DNA from: Terriglobia bacterium
Lineage (GTDB): Bacteria; Acidobacteriota; Terriglobia; 20CM-2-55-15
DNA: 64,000 bases
Reading direction: 5' to 3'
Assembly (NCBI GenBank): GCA_963664115.2
Contig: CAXWPJ010000002.1
Span: 768,001 to 832,000 of the forward strand
The position numbers and the translations under genes are program-made. The notes beneath the pieces are model-generated. The model was not told where the DNA came from. It ran no database searches and worked only from the letters and a program-made list of their open reading frames with translations. This document shows, piece after piece, positions 8,399 through 17,903 of the stretch (positions are counted from its first letter, which is position 1; every line of letters starts with the position of its first letter).

Positions 8399-9349
8399 TC
8401 AGGGTACCGGAACCCGTTCCTTCAGTTCTTCAAACCAGTTAAGGACGATATTGATTTGGGGGCGGGAGGGTTCGCCCGGTTCTGTCTGCCCGCTCGCCGG
8501 CACCCAGGCGAGCGACCCCGAGTCGGAAACAGAGTACTGGGACGGTCGCGTCCGAACACCCTCGAAGAGGGTAACCGGCTCACCCACGGCTTCGAGCGTG
8601 GTCAGATCAAACGGAACCGCGAACAGCACATCATCTAAACCGTAAAGAAGGTGACCGGTCGGGAGATACCGCGGGAATAAACCGGGGAACAGGACCTTTC
8701 TCTCTCCGGATTCCAGCGACTGCACGACGACGTCTCCTTCTACTGGCCCCTCGGCCTGGAACAGCACCGATCTTCCGTCGGGCAGAATCCGAGGCCCATA
8801 AGTAAGAGACGCACCGGAGTCCTCGATCAGCACTTCAGGCGGCCCCCCATTTGCCGAAACCTGCATGACGGTTTCGTTCTGGCCCCACACGATGGTCTCG
8901 TCAGCGCCCCAAAATGGGCGGCCTGTCGGATCGCCGGCAGTATCGGTGAGCGTCACGTGAGTGCCCCCGCTGACGGGAATCTTCTTCAATTGACTGTCAG
9001 CTTCAGACCAGTAGCCAATCCACGCGCCATCCGGTGAAAAGAATGGGTCCGATGGATCGACATCGCTTCCCGGAATAGGGCTCGATACGAGGGTATCCAT
9101 TGCCAACAAATAGAATTGTTGATTGGCTACGTACACCATCATGGAGCCGTTCGGAGAAAGAGCCATAAGCGGGCTGCCTACGAGAGTGAATTGTTGGCCT
9201 TCGGGCAGGACATGAGAAAAGCGGCTGACCTCTAAGGCAGATGGGGCCGGGGAAGGCCTCGAGTTGCAGGCGGCTGTGGCGGCGATCACGGCCAGAACGA
9301 TGGCCGCAGCCCACGGCAGCTTCGATTGCGCTTTGGTACCTGAATCCAT
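8399..9349 (-). CDS. Kinase-less derivative of a Ser/Thr kinase-TolB/PD40 propeller protein, possible lipoprotein
   Basis: Starts MDSGTK, jumps to a hydrophobic helix ending AATAAC, has SPDG/SPNG repeats and ends INIVLNWFEELKERVPVP. Confidence 0.7.
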   Translation of the reverse strand: MDSGTKAQSKLPWAAAIVLAVIAATAACNSRPSPAPSALEVSRFSHVLPEGQQFTLVGSPLMALSPNGSMMVYVANQQFYLLAMDTLVSSPIPGSDVDPSDPFFSPDGAWIGYWSEADSQLKKIPVSGGTHVTLTDTAGDPTGRPFWGADETIVWGQNETVMQVSANGGPPEVLIEDSGASLTYGPRILPDGRSVLFQAEGPVEGDVVVQSLESGERKVLFPGLFPRYLPTGHLLYGLDDVLFAVPFDLTTLEAVGEPVTLFEGVRTRPSQYSVSDSGSLAWVPASGQTEPGEPSRPQINIVLNWFEELKERVPVP

Positions 9350-9428
9350 TGATTATATGTACAGAAAAACGAAATTTGAAAATATGGCTAGATATAACTA
9401 CAGCTTGGATTGATAAGCAAGAAAAGTC

Positions 9429-11378
9429 TCAAGGCCTGAGCCCTTTGCTGAACACTTCATATTGCCGGGCAGCCAAAGGCAATACCAATGCCAGGCCGAG
9501 CAGGTCGGTGATCCAACCGGGATGAATTAACACCACGGCTCCGACGAACACGACCGTGCGTTCCCATCCCGCCAGTGCTGTCCTGGCGTGTCCGATGACT
9601 CCGGCTGCGAGCGCCATGACCCCGATCACGCCTGTCGTTGCTGCCAGGAGAATTTCGGTGGCGGTACCGATCATCAAAAACGCGGGATTCAGCACGAACA
9701 TGAACGGCAGGATGTAGCCGGCAAGGGAAAACCTCCATGCCGTAAACCCTGTCCGCATGATGTCGGCGCCCGCGATCGCTGCGCCGGCATATGCTGCCAG
9801 AGCCGTTGGGGGCGTCACCATCGACATCATGCCGAAGTAGAGAATGAACATATGCGCGCCGATCGGGAGAATCCCCAAGCTCACCAGTGCGGGTGCCGCC
9901 AGGGTTGCCAGCAGGAGATAGCAAATGGTTGTCGGGAGCCCGAGTCCGAGAATCACGGAGGAAAACATCACCAATACCAACGCCGCGTAGATATTCCCGG
10001 CGGACAACTCGAGAATGATGGATGCAAAACGGGAGCCCAGAGCCGTCATCACGGTGATCCCAATGATGATTCCAACCGAGGCGCTGGCGCAGCTGAGAGA
10101 CGTTGAATTATAGGCGGCAGTTTCCAGAACGCTGACGATCCGCCTCGGAGTCAGCCGCCCTCCTCTCACGAACATGCTGGTTACGAAGGTGACGACCAGT
10201 GCAAATGACGCCGCTCTCGGGGGACTGTATCCGGAAAGCATGAGCCCGACGAGGCAGCCCACCGGCAGGACGAACAAGAAAAGCTGAGGGCGTCTCAGGA
10301 TGGTGAGCGCCCGCGCTCCCTGGCCTTCGGGCGACAGGCCACCGATGCCATGACGGACGGAGTAGAAGTGAATCGTCGTAAACAGAGCCACATAAAAGAG
10401 CAGGCCAGGTATCAAAGCCGCTGCGGCGATTCCCAGGTAGGGGACTCCCAGCAACTCCGCCATGATGAAGGCCGCGGCGCCCATCACGGGCGGGATGAGC
10501 TGGCCGCCCGTGGACGCAACGGCTTCGACGGCCCCGGCCACGTGCGGCTGGAAACCGATTTTTTTCATCATCGGAATGGTGAGCGATCCCCCGGTGACGA
10601 CGTTCGCGACGGCGCTGCCGTTGATCATTCCAAGCAGACCGCTTGAAACGACCGCAACCTTGGCGGGCCCCCCTCGAAATTGCCCGAATGCGGCCTGACC
10701 CAGATCAATCGCGAAGTCCAGAGCTCCGACCGTCTGAAGCACAGCCCCAAAGAAGACGAAGGGAAACACGTAGGTAAACATCACCGTCAGCGCGATGCCG
10801 AAGATGCCCTCCATGGTCAGAAACGACTGCGTGAGGATGCGGCTCACGCTGTATCCCGCGTGGCCGCCGATGTATGTGGGCAGATACGCACCGTAATATG
10901 CATACAGGACGAACACCGCGGCAAGGGTCGGAAGCGGCCAGCCGATCAATCTCCGGGTCGCCTCCAAAACAAGCGTCGTGCCCACGGCGCCCATCACAAC
11001 GTCCAGAGTTGTCGGCGTGCCCATGCGGTTGATCAGGCCCTCGTAGTCGACCACGATGTACGCACAGGCGATGATGCCCCCGGCGGCGAAGGCAAAGTCC
11101 AGGAGAGCCCGAAACGGACGCTGCGGACTCCCATCGGGTCTGTCGGTGGGCCGCAGAAAGGACAAGGCCAGCGCGAACAGCAGGAATATCGCGCGCTCCT
11201 GAAACGGTGGCAGCGTAAGCGTGTTGATCTCAAAGAGGACGTAGATCGAAAAGCATGCAGCCAGGACTCGAATCGAATAGCGGTGAACAGTTTCGAAGCG
11301 TGAAGGTCGTGGCCGGGCGGCGGTTTGGACTCCCCCAACGCCGTCGTTCGTGATCATGTCAGCGTCCTTGATGGCCAA
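9429..11378 (-). CDS. TRAP transporter fused 4TM/12TM permease
   Basis: GGPAKVAVVSS, GSAVANVV, STGGQLIPPVMGAAAF and MVTPP motifs. Confidence 0.9.
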   Translation of the reverse strand: MAIKDADMITNDGVGGVQTAARPRPSRFETVHRYSIRVLAACFSIYVLFEINTLTLPPFQERAIFLLFALALSFLRPTDRPDGSPQRPFRALLDFAFAAGGIIACAYIVVDYEGLINRMGTPTTLDVVMGAVGTTLVLEATRRLIGWPLPTLAAVFVLYAYYGAYLPTYIGGHAGYSVSRILTQSFLTMEGIFGIALTVMFTYVFPFVFFGAVLQTVGALDFAIDLGQAAFGQFRGGPAKVAVVSSGLLGMINGSAVANVVTGGSLTIPMMKKIGFQPHVAGAVEAVASTGGQLIPPVMGAAAFIMAELLGVPYLGIAAAALIPGLLFYVALFTTIHFYSVRHGIGGLSPEGQGARALTILRRPQLFLFVLPVGCLVGLMLSGYSPPRAASFALVVTFVTSMFVRGGRLTPRRIVSVLETAAYNSTSLSCASASVGIIIGITVMTALGSRFASIILELSAGNIYAALVLVMFSSVILGLGLPTTICYLLLATLAAPALVSLGILPIGAHMFILYFGMMSMVTPPTALAAYAGAAIAGADIMRTGFTAWRFSLAGYILPFMFVLNPAFLMIGTATEILLAATTGVIGVMALAAGVIGHARTALAGWERTVVFVGAVVLIHPGWITDLLGLALVLPLAARQYEVFSKGLRP

Positions 11379-11389
11379 TGGGGATTCGG

Positions 11390-12490
11390 CTAGCGGACCG
11401 GAGACAGGGTGTCTGTGGCATTAGCTGGTTGCGGGTTCCAAATTCCGATCTCTTCGAAATACCGCAGGCTGCCTTCATGATATGGAATCCCGATATCCAT
11501 AGCCGCCCGTTCCGGTGTGATTTCCGCGCCATGGCGGACCAGATCGGCGATCATACCCCTGTTTTCGTAGATGGTCTTGGCGATGAGGTAAACGTAATCG
11601 GGATCGGCGTCGGCCCTGACAAGCAGTTGGCAGGTGCCCGTGTCGACTGCCCAGAAATCCGAATCCATGCCTGCGTATGTCCCACCGGGAATCATGTACT
11701 TCTGAATAGTGGGGATCTGGGCCCGAAGGCTGTCCAGACTTTCCTCGTCGAACTCGAGGAATTTGAGGTTGTGTGTGGCCGTGGCGGCCAGAATGGTCGC
11801 ATGCGGGATACTGCCTCCAACCTGGACCGCATCGACGATCCTGTCGGTCAGCATGGTGACCGCGTTCGATTGGCCTTCGTAGACAGGCCGGATGTCGGCG
11901 TAGCTCACGCCATGGGCCGCCAGGATAGGACGCGTGAAGCTGTCCCAATTGCCCCCTGCCGGTCCAACGGCCACTCGTTTTCCCGCGAAGTCTGAGAACT
12001 GGGTGAGGCCGCTGTCTTCGAGCGCGAAGAAGAGGTTGACGCTCGCATGAAGAGAAATGACGGCCCGGACGGGAAACTGTTTGTCGAAGGGTTCACGTCC
12101 CTCGATAGCCGGAAGCGTGACGGAAGCATTGGCAAGCCCGAAGTGGAGCTCACCTCCATCCAACATTCGCAAATTCTGTCCCGACCCACTCGTCGCTTCG
12201 TTCGTAGCAATCACTCCCGCCAACTGAGTACCGAGGACCTGCGCGATCGCATTACCCATTGGATAGTAGGCACCCCCGACAGTGCTGCTCGCAATCTTGA
12301 TCCTGGATGGCACCGTCGTTCCGTCAATGACCACGGTGCGTTCGGAACCCTCGGGTCGGGCACACGATGTGGAGATCAAAACAGCAAGCGCGGCAATCAG
12401 TGCAATTGCTGGTCGGATCCGGGGATCTCGTCGAGATGCAAATTCAACCGTGTGAGACGGAGGTTCGAATACCCACTGAATCGTTTTCAT
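11390..12490 (-). CDS. TAXI-family TRAP solute-binding lipoprotein (start uncertain)
   Basis: GGAYYPMG, ATSGSGQN and IPYHEGSLRYFEE motifs; lipobox-like STSC. Confidence 0.85.
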   Translation of the reverse strand: MKTIQWVFEPPSHTVEFASRRDPRIRPAIALIAALAVLISTSCARPEGSERTVVIDGTTVPSRIKIASSTVGGAYYPMGNAIAQVLGTQLAGVIATNEATSGSGQNLRMLDGGELHFGLANASVTLPAIEGREPFDKQFPVRAVISLHASVNLFFALEDSGLTQFSDFAGKRVAVGPAGGNWDSFTRPILAAHGVSYADIRPVYEGQSNAVTMLTDRIVDAVQVGGSIPHATILAATATHNLKFLEFDEESLDSLRAQIPTIQKYMIPGGTYAGMDSDFWAVDTGTCQLLVRADADPDYVYLIAKTIYENRGMIADLVRHGAEITPERAAMDIGIPYHEGSLRYFEEIGIWNPQPANATDTLSPVR

Positions 12491-12864
12491 AGAAGTTTGC
12501 TCCCAGATATGCGCGCGTCGTTCCATCGATCGTTTAAAGACACGCCGCGCCTGACGTTTCCCCGAGACAGGGTACCTTTGACCGTTCGCTTTTGTCACGA
12601 TCCGAATTTCGTGTTTTACGGACAGGCCGAGAGGCGTGGAGAGGGCGTATCAGGCGTTGATGTCAATATAGGAGCGCCCCTGTACGGGGCGTGTCTTAAC
12701 GAACAATGGTTCCATCGAACCCGGGCCATGGTTGATCTCGCAGGCGGAGATGCCTGTCGCGGGGCTGACAAACCGTGACGTAGGGGATACAATCGCGCTG
12801 ACCCCATGGGTATCCAGCGTCGGCATGTGCTGCCATAGGCATACCCCCTGGGATGAGCGCTGCA

Positions 12865-13071
12865 ATGAACGAAAAAGTCTCGACTGAACTCGTTCTCACA
12901 CTCGCTGGTTATGCCGGCCTGCCCCTCGCAGAGGATAGAGCCCAAGCCCTTGCCCTCATCCTCGGTCCAGCGCTACAGAATCTGCGAGCGATGCGGCCCG
13001 AGGGTTACGAGCACCTGGCGCCGGGTCTGAACTTCCGTGTTCCTACCGCAGGCGACGACACGCCGGGATGA
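12865..13071 (+). CDS. Small amidase-partner protein (GatC/AtzG-like)
   Basis: 68 aa whose stop overlaps the amidase start (ATGA); LAGYAGLPLAEDR...P..NF pattern. Confidence 0.5.
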   Translation: MNEKVSTELVLTLAGYAGLPLAEDRAQALALILGPALQNLRAMRPEGYEHLAPGLNFRVPTAGDDTPG

Positions 13072-14486
13072 GTGTTATTGATGACGGCGAGATCTTCTAC
13101 CTTTCCCTCAAGCAAGTCTCCGAACGTATCGCAAGTGGCGATCTGTCGCCCGTAGAGGTCCTGAACGCTGTGATCGAGCGCACCTCGGGCCTCGAACCTC
13201 GCTTGAACGCTTACATCACACCCACCTTCGAGAGAGCCATGGACGATGCGCGAATGGCCGAGCGCGAGATTGCGGCTGGCAAATATCGCGGGCCACTGCA
13301 TGGCGTGCCCATCGGGCTCAAAGACAACTACTGGACGGAGGGCATCCCAACGACCGCCGGCTCGAAGCTTCTCGCTGATTTTGTCCCGACCGAGGATGGC
13401 AACGCAGTCGCCAGGCTTCGGGCTGCGGGCGCCGTAATCACAGGCAAACTCAATATGCATGAGCTTGCGATCGGTGGGACGACGACGAACCCCCACTACG
13501 GGGCGACACGCAATCCCTGGGGACTGGACCGCATTCCCGGCGGGTCGAGCGGCGGATCGGCCGCGGCCGTCGCGGCAGGTTTCTGCTTCGCCGCATTGGG
13601 CACCGACACGGTCGCGTCGGTGCGCCACCCGGCATCCCACTGTGGCCTGGTCGGGATGAAAGCAACATTCGGGCGGGTCAGCGTCTTTGGAACGGTGCCC
13701 CTCTCCTGGAGTCTCGATCATGTGGGTCCGATCACCCGTACGGTCGAGGATGCCGCGCTTGTATTGAACCGAATAGCCGGTTACGACCCCAGGGATTCCG
13801 GCTCGGTCGACGTCGAGGTGCCTGATTTCACCCGCCGGCTGGGGGAGGACCTGAACGGCGTTCGGATTGGGCTGCCACGGAAATATTTTTTCGAGCCTCT
13901 CGATCCCGAAGTGCGCGACTCGGTCGAAGCGGCCATCGGGGTGCTGCGGGATCTGGGCGCCAGCATTCGCGACCTTGAGTTTCCAAGCGCCCCGGAAGCC
14001 CACGTCATTTTTCCCTTCCTGAGCCGGCCCGAGGCGGCATCGTTTCAGGAAGATTTTATTCGCGGGCGGGCTGAGGCATACGGGGATGTCCGATGGAACG
14101 TGGAACTGGGAGAGTTGATTCTCGCGACCGACTATATCCGGGCCCAGCGCCTGCGCACCGCCATGCGGCAGGAACTTGAGGGAATCATGCGGGAGGTCGA
14201 TGCCTTGGTGATGCCCACCACTCGAACCGTCGCCCACCCTATCGGTGCTCCGTTTACGACCGTCGACGGAAAATCCCTGGACGCATTCGGGCTGATGGTG
14301 GGTTTGACAGCGCCCTTTTCACTCACGGGTTCGCCGGCGATTTCCGTTCCATGCGGGTTTAATTCGGAAGGCCTCCCGATCGGGCTCCAGATTGTCGGCC
14401 GCGCGTGGGACGAGGCGATGATCCTGCGGATCGGGGCCGCCTACGAAGGCGCGACGCCTTGGAGTGACAGACACCCCACGCTTTGA
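13068..14486 (+). CDS. Amidase signature family protein (GatA-like)
   Basis: GPLHGVPIGLKD, GGSSGGSAAAV and GTDTVASVRHPA motifs. Confidence 0.9.
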   Translation: MSVIDDGEIFYLSLKQVSERIASGDLSPVEVLNAVIERTSGLEPRLNAYITPTFERAMDDARMAEREIAAGKYRGPLHGVPIGLKDNYWTEGIPTTAGSKLLADFVPTEDGNAVARLRAAGAVITGKLNMHELAIGGTTTNPHYGATRNPWGLDRIPGGSSGGSAAAVAAGFCFAALGTDTVASVRHPASHCGLVGMKATFGRVSVFGTVPLSWSLDHVGPITRTVEDAALVLNRIAGYDPRDSGSVDVEVPDFTRRLGEDLNGVRIGLPRKYFFEPLDPEVRDSVEAAIGVLRDLGASIRDLEFPSAPEAHVIFPFLSRPEAASFQEDFIRGRAEAYGDVRWNVELGELILATDYIRAQRLRTAMRQELEGIMREVDALVMPTTRTVAHPIGAPFTTVDGKSLDAFGLMVGLTAPFSLTGSPAISVPCGFNSEGLPIGLQIVGRAWDEAMILRIGAAYEGATPWSDRHPTL

Positions 14487-14601
14487 CCGAGCGATCAGGA
14501 CGTTCTGGCGCTGGGCCCATCAGCGACGACCGCTTGACCATTCATTGAGCCACCGGTCAGTAACACACAGCATCAAACAATCACGCAAAGGAGTTTCTGG
14601 A

Positions 14602-15582
14602 ATGGACGGGAAAATCGTGTTTGAAGAACATATGGCAATCCCCGATACCCTGGACGATTCGCGCACATTCGCCGAAGGATCCGGGAAGTGGGACCAGTTC
14701 GCCCGCCAAATCCTGGATATCGAGGACGAGCGTATCGCCCGAATGGACAGCAACGGCATTGAATTCGCCATTCTCTCGCTCAACGCCCCCGCGATTCAGG
14801 CGATTCTGGACACGGACACGGCGATCGAAGTGGCTACCCGTGCCAACGACCATCTGGCGGAGGCCGTCGCCAAACATCCGAATCGTTTTGCGGGCTTTGC
14901 AGCCCTTCCCATGCAAGATCCGGACGCCGCCTCGGAAGAGCTGATCCGCTCGGTCAAAGATCTGGGTTTCAAGGGTGCTCTCGTCAATGGATTCACACAG
15001 AAAGGTGTTCCCGATTCGGCGATCTACTTCGATATCCCCGAGTACCGGAGTTTCTGGTCCACGGTGTCCGAACTGGACGTGCCGTTCTATCTACACCCAA
15101 GAATGCAGATTCCTTCACGTGCTCAACCCTATGAAGGGCACCCGTGGCTGATGAGTTCGCCCTGGGGCTTTGCGGTGGAAACTTCGATCCACGCACTCCG
15201 AATGTGTGGTTCAGGCATGTTCGACGATTTTCCCAATCTGAAAATAATTGTCGGCCATCTCGGTGAACACATCCCTTACGATCTCTGGCGCATCGACGCC
15301 CGGATGCGCTTTTCCCGGCGCGGCTACGAGGGCAAGCGCTTTCTCGGCGAGTACTTCCGCGACCACTTCTATGTGACGACCAGCGGCAATTTCTGTGATC
15401 CGTCGTTCCAGTGCGCCCTGGAAGTGATGGGCGCAGCTCGCATGTTTTTTTCGGCTGATTATCCATTCGAGAAAATGGAAGATGCTGCCGACTGGTTCGA
15501 CAACGCCCCCCTGTCCGATGCCGAGCGCCTGCAGATTGGCCGTACCAACGCGATCAAGCTGTTTAATCTGGAATTGAAGTGA
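14602..15582 (+). CDS. Amidohydrolase-family aromatic acid decarboxylase (gamma-resorcylate/2,3-dihydroxybenzoate decarboxylase-like)
   Basis: EEH metal motif, YLHPR, GHLGE, TTSGNF and SADYPFE. AAGGAG RBS. Confidence 0.85.
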   Translation: MDGKIVFEEHMAIPDTLDDSRTFAEGSGKWDQFARQILDIEDERIARMDSNGIEFAILSLNAPAIQAILDTDTAIEVATRANDHLAEAVAKHPNRFAGFAALPMQDPDAASEELIRSVKDLGFKGALVNGFTQKGVPDSAIYFDIPEYRSFWSTVSELDVPFYLHPRMQIPSRAQPYEGHPWLMSSPWGFAVETSIHALRMCGSGMFDDFPNLKIIVGHLGEHIPYDLWRIDARMRFSRRGYEGKRFLGEYFRDHFYVTTSGNFCDPSFQCALEVMGAARMFFSADYPFEKMEDAADWFDNAPLSDAERLQIGRTNAIKLFNLELK

Positions 15583-15863
15583 CGCGGAGTGGTCGGGTGT
15601 CAGAAGTTCGATGCTTGAGAGTTTCGTCGGACGCGATCATGGAAATACCATGTAACGTGGCGCATCGCTCGCCGCGGAGGATCGGCTCTAGCGGGATGTT
15701 TCGCTGGACCTGTGAATTCGGCCGTGCGCCGGCGTTCCGATCAATCTGGAAAACGAGTGGAACCGTGTCGTACTGAGGGAGGAAAACTTCTCGACGAGCG
15801 TGTTACGCTCGACCGGACTGCGGCGACGAAACTGGTGTACACGCATCGCTTCTGAGGAGCCCC

Positions 15864-16871
15864 ATGATTATTGATTGTCACGGACACTACACAACGGCGC
15901 CGGATGCGCTGGGAGAATATCGAAAGCAGCAGATTGCCGCGTTTGATTCATCCCAACCTGCGGCAAAAGGCGAGATAAACATTTCCGACGATCAACTCCG
16001 CGAGAGCGTCGAGGGTGCGCAACTGAAGTTTCAGCGCGAACGCGGTACCGACATGACGATATTTTCTCCGCGCGCGTCGTGGATGGCCCATCACCTGGGC
16101 GATGCGATGGTGAGCCAGTACTGGAGTGAACACTGCAATGATTTAATCCATCGCCTCTGTGGGCTGTATCCGAAAAACTTTGTCGGCGTTTGCCAGTTGC
16201 CGCAGTCTCCGGGTGTCGGACCGGCGAACTGCATCGGCGAGCTTGAACGGTGTGTCAACGAACTGGGAATGATCGGGTGCAATTTAAGTCCCGATCCCTC
16301 CGGCGGCCGTTGGACGGCGCCCCCGCTGAGCGATCCATACTGGTATCCGGTCTACGAAAAGATGGTCGAGTTGGATGTGCCCGCGATGGTTCATGTCAGT
16401 GCTTCCTGCAATCCTGCTTTTCATACGACGGGTGCGCACTACCTCAACGCCGACACGACGGCCTTCATGCAGTTTCTGACCTCGGATCTATTCAAGGACT
16501 TTCCGGCTCTGAGATTCGTCATACCCCATGGTGGGGGTGCTGTGCCGTATCATTGGGGTCGGTATCGTGGCATGGCTCAGGACCAGAAGCGTCCGCCGCT
16601 GACGGAGCTTATGGGTGGCAACATCTTCTTCGACACCTGTGTCTACCACATGCCGGGAATCGAGTTGCTTACAAAAGTCGTACCCACCGACAACATCCTC
16701 TTCGGTTCAGAGATGGTCGGCGCCGTTCGGGGTGTCGATCCGGAAACGGGGCACTACTACGACGATACGAAACGGTACATCGACCAAGCTTCGTGGCTGA
16801 GCGATGAAGAGAAGCAAAAAATATTCGAAGGGAACGCACGCAAGGTGTATCCCCGCATCAACCGGAAATAG
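15864..16871 (+). CDS. ligJ: 4-oxalomesaconate hydratase
   Basis: MIIDCHGHYTTAP, FSPRASWMAHH, GAHYLNADT, PHGGGAVPYHWGRYRG and SEMVGAVRG. Confidence 0.85.
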   Translation: MIIDCHGHYTTAPDALGEYRKQQIAAFDSSQPAAKGEINISDDQLRESVEGAQLKFQRERGTDMTIFSPRASWMAHHLGDAMVSQYWSEHCNDLIHRLCGLYPKNFVGVCQLPQSPGVGPANCIGELERCVNELGMIGCNLSPDPSGGRWTAPPLSDPYWYPVYEKMVELDVPAMVHVSASCNPAFHTTGAHYLNADTTAFMQFLTSDLFKDFPALRFVIPHGGGAVPYHWGRYRGMAQDQKRPPLTELMGGNIFFDTCVYHMPGIELLTKVVPTDNILFGSEMVGAVRGVDPETGHYYDDTKRYIDQASWLSDEEKQKIFEGNARKVYPRINRK

Positions 16872-16903
16872 GGGACGGACACTTCATGAAGTGTCCGTCC
16901 CCT
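16870..16903. repeat. Perfect 34-bp REP-like palindrome
   Basis: AGGGGACGGACACTTCA|TGAAGTGTCCGTCCCCT. Related arms at 25345-25436 and a partial copy at 58951-58964. Confidence 0.85.
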
Positions 16904-17859
16904 TCCTGTTCGCGGTTCTGACGATCTCTTTACAGGGTTCGGCGCTAGGCCTCGTTCAGGACGCCCCCCGTGATCCCGGCTTCGGCGCCCTAGCGCGTGA
17001 ACATATCGGTGAGCTGTCTGACCGAATCGGTGCGCGTGTCGCTGGAAGCCCGGGTGAAGTGCGGGCCGCCGGATATATCGAAAATGTTTTCTCCCAAATT
17101 GGCTACCCGACCCGCGTCCAACCCTTCAGCTTTTCCGGTGGGCCCCGGGACCGCCGGTCTACACGGGAATCGGCGAATGTTATTGCTGTGAAGGCAGGAT
17201 CGTCGAACGAGGAAATCATTGTTGGCGCGCACTATGATTCCGAAGTTCGCGGCCGGGGAGCGGGGGACAATGCGTCGGGAGTAGGCGTGATGCTCGAAAT
17301 CGCCGCCGCGATTCGGGACGTCGCGACGCCGTACACGATTCGGTTCATCGCTTTCGGTGCCGAAGAAGAGGGTCTGGCAGGATCGCGCTATACGGTGAGT
17401 GAGATCCCCCCTGAGGACATCGGGCGTGTGGTGGCCATGATCAATCTGGACAGCCTGATTGCAGGAGACTTCGCTTACGTCTACGGGGATCGAGGAGACA
17501 GAGGTGTGGTTCGTGACTGGGTTCTGGCCCGAGCCAGGGAACAGGGTCTTGATCTGCGGACACAACCGGGTGAGAACCCTGAATATCCGAGGGGAACGAC
17601 AGGAGAGTTTTCCGATCACGCTCCTTTCGAGGACGTGGGCATCCAGTATGCGTATTTTGAATCGACCAACTGGTCACTGGGAGAGCGAGACGGATACGTC
17701 CAGGTTGACCCTCAACTCGGAGAAAACGGTTACATCTGGCATACACCGTTCGATACGATGGGCTATATCGAGTCGACGTTTCCTGGAAGGATTGATGCGC
17801 GTCTCCACTTGTTTGCGACGATGCTCTACCAGGTATTGACAGAATTTTCCGCCCCTTAG
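16891..17859 (+). CDS. M28-family aminopeptidase (Iap-like), secreted; start uncertain
   Basis: VGAHYDS, GAGDNASG, GAEEEGLAGS, INLDS and SDHAPF. Confidence 0.8.
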   Translation: MSVPFLFAVLTISLQGSALGLVQDAPRDPGFGALAREHIGELSDRIGARVAGSPGEVRAAGYIENVFSQIGYPTRVQPFSFSGGPRDRRSTRESANVIAVKAGSSNEEIIVGAHYDSEVRGRGAGDNASGVGVMLEIAAAIRDVATPYTIRFIAFGAEEEGLAGSRYTVSEIPPEDIGRVVAMINLDSLIAGDFAYVYGDRGDRGVVRDWVLARAREQGLDLRTQPGENPEYPRGTTGEFSDHAPFEDVGIQYAYFESTNWSLGERDGYVQVDPQLGENGYIWHTPFDTMGYIESTFPGRIDARLHLFATMLYQVLTEFSAP

Positions 17860-17903
17860 TGTCGGTCAGGAATCTATGTTTATGATTGTGAAGGAGATTG
17901 CGC

